Assembly: GCA_938045545.1 (NCBI GenBank)
Contig: CALIBN010000034.1
Coordinates: forward strand, 1 to 30,458
DNA: 30,458 nucleotides
Source: an uncultured archaeon
GTDB lineage: Archaea; Thermoproteota; EX4484-205; JAAOZP01
Direction: 5' to 3'
The position numbers and the translations under genes are program-made. Below the pieces are notes generated by a model. The model was not told where the DNA came from and did no database searches. It worked only from the letters and a program-made list of their open reading frames with translations. This document shows positions 8,411-15,288 of the stretch, one piece after another (position 1 is the first letter of the stretch; each line of letters starts with the position of its first letter).

Positions 8411-9283
8411 GTGAGTAATACCATGTTTAAACCATCCTTCATAACGGACGAGGTTTCCCAAGATCTTCACGAAGTGAGGGAGTTCGCTAAGAGTTTCAAC
8501 TTAGATGCTATAGAGATTAGGACAATACTGGACAAGGGTTTTCCAGAGATTCTCGGCGAGAAAAACGTTTTAGAAAAGTTTCTCAAGGATAATGGTTTAA
8601 AGGTGTGTGCAATCGCATCACCCACCTTTAAATGCGATATTGATTCAACCGAGGAATACGAGAACCATTTGAACATATTTAGGAGCGCGGTTGAGCTTGC
8701 AAACCATGTTGACGCAAAGCTAGTTAGGGCTTTCACCTTCTGGAAAAAAGGGAGGTATGAGGGTTTCAAGAAGAAGATAATTGAGAGGTTCGGAAAGATA
8801 GTTGATATGGCTGAGGAGCACGGTGTTACGATAATCGTTGAAAACGAGCCTTCAACCTTTATCGGGAATGGTAGGATTCTGGCAGACTTCATCAACTCCC
8901 TGGGGGCAAGGTGCGTTAAGGCCCTCTGGGACCCTGGCAACGAGCTGATGGATGATGAGGGTGAGGAACCCTATCCGACAGGGTTTAACTACGTGAGAAA
9001 GCTCGTAGCGCACGTCCACGTTAAAGACGGGGTTAAGCAGGGTTCTGAAGTAAGGTTTCTAAGAGTCGGAGACGGCCAGGCAAAAATAGAGGAAAACCTG
9101 AGGGCCTTGAAGGAAATGATGTATGAAGGCTATGTTTCTCTAGAGACTCATTGGCGAGTTACGAAGAACATTGAAGAATCCCTGCTTAAAACCCCTGGTG
9201 GAAAAGAGTTCAGCTCAGGCGCCTACGCTGCCTCGTATATCTCTATGCAGGGGTTGCTAGAACTGATCTCTAAAATAGTTTAG
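8411..9283 (+). CDS. Sugar-phosphate isomerase/epimerase (xylose isomerase-like TIM barrel, IolE/AP-endonuclease-2 family)
   Basis: ITDEVSQD, then metal ligands in VENE, WDPGN, HVHVKD and SLETH. Starts 8 nt after the oxidoreductase. Confidence 0.88.
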   Translation: MSNTMFKPSFITDEVSQDLHEVREFAKSFNLDAIEIRTILDKGFPEILGEKNVLEKFLKDNGLKVCAIASPTFKCDIDSTEEYENHLNIFRSAVELANHVDAKLVRAFTFWKKGRYEGFKKKIIERFGKIVDMAEEHGVTIIVENEPSTFIGNGRILADFINSLGARCVKALWDPGNELMDDEGEEPYPTGFNYVRKLVAHVHVKDGVKQGSEVRFLRVGDGQAKIEENLRALKEMMYEGYVSLETHWRVTKNIEESLLKTPGGKEFSSGAYAASYISMQGLLELISKIV

Positions 9284-10065
9284 CCAGAGGGCCTCTGAAC
9301 CCTGTTCTCCATCTCCACGAGGCTCTTAAACTGCTCGGTGCTCCAGCAGCGTGTCTCCCACCCTGCTTCCTTAGCGCGTTTAACAAGGTTCTCCGCCCTT
9401 TCAAAATCCGGTTCATATATGTGGTAGGAGTTGGAGAAATCCACGTATTCGCCTGGAACAATTGTTCTCCCAGTGGTCTTCGACAACTCCTCTGCCACGT
9501 TTTTCTGAAGAACCGTTAGGGCATATATGTTCATGAAAGCAGCCTTCATAGCGTCCCTAGACCTCCAGCAGGTTTCCATTATAAGCCTGTCTCCATAAAC
9601 CCTGAACCAGACTCTTTGGAGACAGGGCGGGTCTTCAATCCTCGGGTCAACCCACGGTTTCCAAGTTATTGCTTGAGCCCTTCTGGAGTAAGGTGTTTTA
9701 GAAAGCTTGTTAACTACGTAGGCTATCTGGTCAATAGTCTCGCTGCAACACTTATAAGAGCGTAAGCGTTCATGATAAGTATAGGGCCATATCCCCCTTT
9801 CAACGTAGGAATCATGTATACCGTTGCAAACCTCCTCAACATATTCTTCAAGCTGTGAAAGCTTCCCAACCATCAGCCCAGCCTTATGGATTCTCGGCTC
9901 TGACAACGGCTTCCTTATTATCATCAGCATCGTGCAGTCCTTGCTGCCGTTCCCGTATTCTGTTCTTATGTTCACACCCTTGTTCCATAGCTCGATTATC
10001 GATTTTTCCCAAACCTCCGGTAGGCAGCCTCCTTCAACAACCACCACTGGATGCATAAGGCTCAA
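9280..10065 (-). CDS. thyA: Thymidylate synthase family protein (archaeal ThyA-like)
   Basis: YTYHERL, SRRAQ, catalytic PPCLQ, WRSRD...AFMN, SYHIYE. Start may be TTG 10065 or ATG 10056. Stop overlaps the convergent gene by 4 nt. Confidence 0.85.
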   Translation of the reverse strand: MSLMHPVVVVEGGCLPEVWEKSIIELWNKGVNIRTEYGNGSKDCTMLMIIRKPLSEPRIHKAGLMVGKLSQLEEYVEEVCNGIHDSYVERGIWPYTYHERLRSYKCCSETIDQIAYVVNKLSKTPYSRRAQAITWKPWVDPRIEDPPCLQRVWFRVYGDRLIMETCWRSRDAMKAAFMNIYALTVLQKNVAEELSKTTGRTIVPGEYVDFSNSYHIYEPDFERAENLVKRAKEAGWETRCWSTEQFKSLVEMENRVQRPSG

Positions 10066-10205
10066 GCTTTGAGAGAAAATATAAGCCTTTAGGAAACAAT
10101 GCTTGTGCGCGCGCTTCAGGATCTTGAAAACATTCTCACCGCCTGCTTCTATGCTTAGAAAAAGTTTTCATATTAAAAGAGGAGTTTCCTCTAATATGTT
10201 GGAAT

Positions 10206-11279
10206 CTATTTTCGCCTTATGCAGAACTCCTCCATCGCTTGACACAGGGCCTCAATATTCTCTAACGGCACGTCTGGCCCGACCTCGCCTTTGATCATCA
10301 AGCCGCCCTCCGGCAAATACAGTTTCTCCACGCTCTCTTCAACCATTCTCCTAACATGTTTAGGGCTGCTGAAGGGAAGTGTCTGCCTGTCTAAGTCGAG
10401 GTCGACGCATAGCCTACCCTTGTAAGCCCTGGCAATTCCATCCAACGTGTTTGCTCGAAACTGCGGATCGTGCACGGAAACTCCGCATTCAATCAGGTCA
10501 TCGACAATATCCAAAAGACAACCGTCTGAAGAAAGGTACACGTGGACGCCTGCATCCCTGCATGCGCTGAAAAGTCTTTTAAACATTGGTTTAAAGTATT
10601 TTCGGAATTTCGCAGGGCTTATCATTAAACCGTTCTGCGTTCCTATGTCTGTGTGGAAGCTTATGACGTCGACGCCGATTTCAAGCCACTTCTCAACGAG
10701 CCTCATTTCATGATCTAGAAGCATGTTTATCAGCCTCGGAAGGTTAGGGTCGTCAGTAACAATATCTTTCATCAGGTTTTTAAATCCCCTTAAGAAGTAT
10801 AGGCGGTCGAAAAGCCGTTCCCCGTCACCAACTGTCAATAAACCCTTCTCCCTGCGCTCTGCAAAGGCCTTCTTGATTCTACTCCAGTATTCTTCTCCTC
10901 TTTCCCCCCTCTCCGACTTCAACAAAGGGTCGGGAGGCTGATAGTTTTCAAACGCTTTCCAGTCTGCCAACGGGTGCCAAACAACCTGTCCCTCTAAACC
11001 CTCTTTTGCCGTGTGCCAAACGCATCCCCAGTTATCCGTGAAAAATCCTGGACGGTAAACAGGAGGCATCTCGTCGAAATCCCTACTGCCCTTCTCATAC
11101 TGGCCGAAGATAAGAGGGTGTTTAACCAGAATGTCTTCAAGCTTCTCTCGATGTTTTTTCCAAACGCCCGGTAGAAAGTTAACCCCGCATGGAATCCATT
11201 CGGGATACCGGTATTCTAAAGCCTTCAAATAATTGTCCCTGATCTCTTTGTTTGGATAGCCTAGTTCTAAAGCCTTCAA
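10206..11279 (-). CDS. Uroporphyrinogen decarboxylase (UroD)/methyltransferase-fold protein
   Basis: TDNWGCVW, LFDRLYFLRGFKNLMKD, DIGTQNGLMISPAKFRKYFKP, SDG, DLDRQTLP, GG...PDVPLENI are hallmarks of URO-D-family proteins of anaerobes. Confidence 0.85.
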   Translation of the reverse strand: MKALELGYPNKEIRDNYLKALEYRYPEWIPCGVNFLPGVWKKHREKLEDILVKHPLIFGQYEKGSRDFDEMPPVYRPGFFTDNWGCVWHTAKEGLEGQVVWHPLADWKAFENYQPPDPLLKSERGERGEEYWSRIKKAFAERREKGLLTVGDGERLFDRLYFLRGFKNLMKDIVTDDPNLPRLINMLLDHEMRLVEKWLEIGVDVISFHTDIGTQNGLMISPAKFRKYFKPMFKRLFSACRDAGVHVYLSSDGCLLDIVDDLIECGVSVHDPQFRANTLDGIARAYKGRLCVDLDLDRQTLPFSSPKHVRRMVEESVEKLYLPEGGLMIKGEVGPDVPLENIEALCQAMEEFCIRRK

Positions 11280-11463
11280 ACCGTTTTTCTCAAACTGCCG
11301 GATCCTTAATAAGATTTGTTACTCGCGGCAAGTTGTTGAAAAGTCCATGGTAAACGCTTTTTTTAAAGTAGGCGCGCTTTGCTGGAAGCAGGCTCTAAAC
11401 CGTTTAAAGGATCCATTGTAAAGGATAAATCTTTATAAGCTGTAACAGGCCGACTTACAATGG

Positions 11464-12840
11464 ATGGAGATGAGGGAAAAAGGATTATGTGGAACAATAT
11501 TCTTAACAGTTTTGATGATAGCGTTTTTAAACACTGCTTTAATTGTTTGCAGCGACCAAGAGAAGGTTGAGGCTGTTTTCCAAGCCTCTGCTGATACTTA
11601 TGTTGACCAAGAGAATCCCGATGCTTCTTACGGCGTTGATGAGTATCTCAAGGTGAGGTCTTTAGAGTCTAAGAATGCAAGGACTTATGTTTTCTTCGAC
11701 CTCTCCACAATACCTCCTGGGGCCTCTGTGCTGAGCGCAAAACTTTTCCTCTACCTTTCTAAGCCTCCTGCTTCGGAGAGAAAATATTTTTGCTACAGGT
11801 TAAACTCAGCTTGGGACGAGGAGTCGCTAACATGGAATAGAAAGCCCGAATCCTCGTCGACGTTCGCCGCCTCATCGACTGTCACTACAACTCCCGGATG
11901 GGTGGTTTGGAATGTTAGAGAGCAGGTTCAGAAGTTTCTAAACGGAATAAGGGAGCACGCATGGACAAACTTTGGTTGGGAAATATTTGATGGCTCAGAG
12001 GGCTCTCAAGAGGTTCAAGAGGCCTTTTTCGTTTCAAGCGAATCCGGGGAGCAGGATAAGAGGCCTTATCTAGCAATAGAGTTTACGCCTCCAAAGCTCA
12101 ACATTACTGCGAATATGCCTCTAGTGGCAGGGGAATGGTCCGGCTTAACGATTAAAAGGCTTTCCCAAGATGGTATACTAGTCACAAGAGGGGACAGAAT
12201 TTTTAAACAGGACTGGATTAACATAGGCTCAATAACCGTAAGGCTTTCCACGTCGTCTGGGACAGGGGTTTTCTCACTTACCCCGGGTGGCGAGCCGGTG
12301 GATAGGCTGGTTATAGGGGACGGGGAGATTCAAGCCGTTGTCTATTACCGGGACACTACTCTAGGCAGCCACACGCTTAGCGTTTCTCCAGAAGGCTATT
12401 CTCCAGAATACTATCTAGGAGGTTCTCTAGAGGTTACCGTCGTAGCGGGTAGCTACTCTCTAGAGATAGTTTCTGTCTCTGCAAGCCCGGAGAACCCCGT
12501 CATGGGAGACGTTATCAAAGTGTCTGCCGTAGTGTCAAGCATCGGCGTAGCTGTTGAGGAGGTGGCTTTATACTACTCTACTGACGGGGGGGCAAGCTGG
12601 ACTAAAGTCGTAATGGGTTTTTCCGGCGGAAGATATGAAGCGTACATACCTGGTCAAAACGCTTTCACAGAGGTGTCCTACTACGTGGAGGCAAGAGATC
12701 AAAAGGGTAACAAAGTTAAAACAGATTTGTTCACTGTTTCCATCGGTCTTCCAGACTGGTTTTTCCTAGTCGCAGTAGCTGTAGTAATCGTCGCCGTAAT
12801 CGGGCTCCTAATTATTAGGAGGATTAGAAAGAAACAGTGA
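11464..12840 (+). CDS. Secreted, C-terminally membrane-anchored DNRLRE (CBM96-like) domain protein with Ig-like domains
   Basis: Hydrophobic signal peptide; ADTYVDQENPDASYG...RTYVFFDLSTIP...SAKLFLY...WDEESLTWN...PYLAI pattern; Ig-like LYYSTDGGASW...YYVEARD; TM helix and basic tail RRIRKKQ. TTTATAA at 11432-11438. Confidence 0.75.
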   Translation: MEMREKGLCGTIFLTVLMIAFLNTALIVCSDQEKVEAVFQASADTYVDQENPDASYGVDEYLKVRSLESKNARTYVFFDLSTIPPGASVLSAKLFLYLSKPPASERKYFCYRLNSAWDEESLTWNRKPESSSTFAASSTVTTTPGWVVWNVREQVQKFLNGIREHAWTNFGWEIFDGSEGSQEVQEAFFVSSESGEQDKRPYLAIEFTPPKLNITANMPLVAGEWSGLTIKRLSQDGILVTRGDRIFKQDWINIGSITVRLSTSSGTGVFSLTPGGEPVDRLVIGDGEIQAVVYYRDTTLGSHTLSVSPEGYSPEYYLGGSLEVTVVAGSYSLEIVSVSASPENPVMGDVIKVSAVVSSIGVAVEEVALYYSTDGGASWTKVVMGFSGGRYEAYIPGQNAFTEVSYYVEARDQKGNKVKTDLFTVSIGLPDWFFLVAVAVVIVAVIGLLIIRRIRKKQ

Positions 12841-12856
12841 TTAAAGCATTTTAAGA

Positions 12857-13057
12857 TTATTTGTCAATCGACACCGCTTTTATCTCCCTTCTTATTTCAA
12901 GGGAAACTAGGGTTATGAACAGGGCTAGAATAATTATTCCTATCAACGCTATGTAGAACTCTCCTGAACCCACTGTTGTAAATGGTAGGGCTATTAAATC
13001 AAGCACTAGGAAAACCATGGCCAAGTTTAGGGCTAGCCTCCCAGTATCCGGGTCCAT
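12857..13057 (-). CDS. Small two-TM membrane protein, hypothetical
   Basis: 66 aa with two hydrophobic helices and a charged tail. Fills the gap between genes, with a TTTATAT motif on the minus strand about 25-30 nt upstream. Confidence 0.65.
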   Translation of the reverse strand: MDPDTGRLALNLAMVFLVLDLIALPFTTVGSGEFYIALIGIIILALFITLVSLEIRREIKAVSIDK

Positions 13058-13168
13058 CGGAGCCCTGCTGCCTGGTCTAAATATAAACGTTACCTTCTCT
13101 ATTCGGGCTTAATGGCCTGAACGGGCTTAAAATTTATTAATGCCCCTCTTTCCGTCGCACATGGACTC

Positions 13169-14164
13169 TTGTCACCAGCCGCAGGGAAAAACAGAGATGT
13201 ACTGTTAAGCATTAGGGGGCTTACAGTGGAATTCAGGGTGCCACGAGGAATATTGAGGGCTGTGGACAACCTTGACCTTGATGTTTACGATGACGAGGTT
13301 CTCGGCCTAGTGGGCGAGAGTGGCTGCGGTAAATCAGTCCTAGCGCATACAATACTGAGGATAGTTGACCCCAACGGGCGTATTGCAGGCGGGAAAATAA
13401 TGTTTAAGGGAAAGGATATTTTGAGCATGAGCAAGGAGGAGCTTAGACGCTTCAGGTGGAAGGAGATAGCAATAGTTTTCCAAGGTGCCTTCAATTCTTT
13501 CAACCCCGTTATTAGGGTTTTTGAACACATGCTTGACACTACTTATGCTCATGATGAAAAGGCTAGCAAGGAGGAAATAGTTAAACGCTCGAAGGAGCTT
13601 ATGCGTATGGTCAGGCTTGACCCTGATGCTGTTCTCGAAAGATATCCGCACGAGCTGAGCGGCGGGATGAAGCAGCGCGCCGTGGCCGCGATGGCGATGC
13701 TCCTTGACCCTAAGCTCCTTATTCTAGACGAGCCTTTCTCCGCGCTAGACGTGCTAACACAGAAATTCTTCATGAAGACTCTCGTCGACATTAGGCGGGA
13801 AACCAGAAAATCGATGATATTCATAACTCATGATTTGGCGCAGGTTGCGGAGATCGCGGACAGAGTGGCAGTAATGTATGGCGGGGTAATAGTTGAGGCG
13901 GCCGGTGTGGAGGATATTTTCTACAGGCCGAGGCACCCGTATACGAGAGCCCTGCTTAAGGCTGTTCCAAGCATTGTTGGAAGCATCGACGAGCTTAAGC
14001 CTCTTCCGGGTCCACTGCCGGATCCTGTTAACCCTCCGCCCGGGTGCGAGTTCCACCCGCGGTGTCCACATAGGATTGAAATCTGTTCAAAGATAAGGCC
14101 GGAGCTGGAGCAGGTGGATGATGTTTCACTGGTGGCGTGCCACAGGTGGCGTGAGCTGAATTGA
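13169..14164 (+). CDS. oppD: Opp/Dpp-family ABC transporter ATP-binding subunit
   Basis: Walker A GESGCGKS, YPHELSGGMKQR, LILDEP, ITHD, HPYT and C-terminal GCEFHPRC...C...VACH. TTG start with TTTATTAA about 30 nt upstream. Confidence 0.95.
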   Translation: MSPAAGKNRDVLLSIRGLTVEFRVPRGILRAVDNLDLDVYDDEVLGLVGESGCGKSVLAHTILRIVDPNGRIAGGKIMFKGKDILSMSKEELRRFRWKEIAIVFQGAFNSFNPVIRVFEHMLDTTYAHDEKASKEEIVKRSKELMRMVRLDPDAVLERYPHELSGGMKQRAVAAMAMLLDPKLLILDEPFSALDVLTQKFFMKTLVDIRRETRKSMIFITHDLAQVAEIADRVAVMYGGVIVEAAGVEDIFYRPRHPYTRALLKAVPSIVGSIDELKPLPGPLPDPVNPPPGCEFHPRCPHRIEICSKIRPELEQVDDVSLVACHRWRELN

Positions 14165-15165
14165 GCGAAGAACCGCTTTTGAAAATCGTTAAGGTTACTA
14201 AGAAATTTGTTAAGGGTGGTTTACTCTCGCCCAAGAAGACTGTTAGAGCCGTCGACGACGTGTCGCTTGAAATAGGTAGGGTTGAAAACGTGGCGCTAGT
14301 GGGTGAAAGCGGCTGTGGGAAAAGCACTCTCGGCAAGCTAACGCTGGGATTGCTAAAACCTGACTCTGGAACCATACTGTTCGAAGGGAAGGACATTTGG
14401 TCTCTGAAGAAGGAGGAGTTCGCCAAATTCAGGAGGAATGCTCAGATAATCCACCAAGACCCGTACACCAGTCTAAACCCTGTCAGAACCATTTTCCAAT
14501 CTCTGGCTCCTCCGCTGATCAGGAACAAAGAAGTGCCCAACCGGAAGGCTGCCTATGAAAGGCTGAGGGAGCTTTTGACCATGGTTGGGTTAACTCCCCC
14601 TGAAGACTTTCTCAACAGGTATCCTGCGAGGATGAGCGGGGGACAGATGCAGAGAATAATACTCGCCAGGGCGGTTTCGCTAGGGCCTAAATACATTGTT
14701 GCGGATGAGGCTGTCTCGATGCTCGATGCTTCTCTAAGGCTTGGGGCTGTCGACCTTATGCTTGAGCTTCAGAAGAAATTCGGAATGTCTTATCTCTTCA
14801 TCACCCACGACTTGGGAATAGCGAGATACTTCATTCTTAAAGGCAGTGGCAAGGTTGCAATGATGTACTTGGGGAGCATTGTTGAGGCTGGAGAGGGCGA
14901 CTCAGTAATTCAGAGGCCCATACACCCTTACACTCAAGTCATGATGACAGCCATATCTCTTCCAGATCCCAAGCTGACTAGAAACAGGCCCATTCCTAAT
15001 CTTAGGAGCCTTGAGGTTCCCCGGCTTGAACAGGTGCCGAGCGGCTGCAAGTTCCACCCGCGCTGCCCCTATGCCGAAAAGGTTTGTGAGGAAAAGGTTC
15101 CTGAGCTTAGATCTTTCGATTCAAGACTGGTTGCATGCCATTTCGCCGAGAGGTTCGCCCACTAG
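14161..15165 (+). CDS. oppF: Opp/Dpp-family ABC transporter ATP-binding subunit
   Basis: GESGCGKST, QDPYTSLNP, MSGGQMQR, VADEAVSMLD, ITHDL, HPYT, GCKFHPRC. 4-nt TTGA overlap with oppD. Confidence 0.95.
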   Translation: MSEEPLLKIVKVTKKFVKGGLLSPKKTVRAVDDVSLEIGRVENVALVGESGCGKSTLGKLTLGLLKPDSGTILFEGKDIWSLKKEEFAKFRRNAQIIHQDPYTSLNPVRTIFQSLAPPLIRNKEVPNRKAAYERLRELLTMVGLTPPEDFLNRYPARMSGGQMQRIILARAVSLGPKYIVADEAVSMLDASLRLGAVDLMLELQKKFGMSYLFITHDLGIARYFILKGSGKVAMMYLGSIVEAGEGDSVIQRPIHPYTQVMMTAISLPDPKLTRNRPIPNLRSLEVPRLEQVPSGCKFHPRCPYAEKVCEEKVPELRSFDSRLVACHFAERFAH

Positions 15166-15248
15166 CGCTTTTTAAAGAGATTAGTTCTTCTTAGTAATTC
15201 GTACATTTATAAAACTTATAAAAAAAGGACTTATACGGGGATAAAGCC

Positions 15249-15282
15249 TTATATAGTACTCTAAATACTTTTTCTCTGGTGA
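15249..15282 (+). promoter_or_regulatory. Internal promoter (TATA) and ribosome-binding site of the solute-binding protein gene
   Basis: TTATATA at 15249-15255 in an AT-rich 123-nt gap, and GGTGA at 15278-15282, 6 nt before ATG 15289. Confidence 0.55.
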
Positions 15283-15288
15283 AATGGT

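Noticed and set aside
12384-12413. TCTCCAGAA repeated twice (SPEGYSPEYY)
   Set aside because: Short coding repeat, compatible with chance or a trivial duplication.
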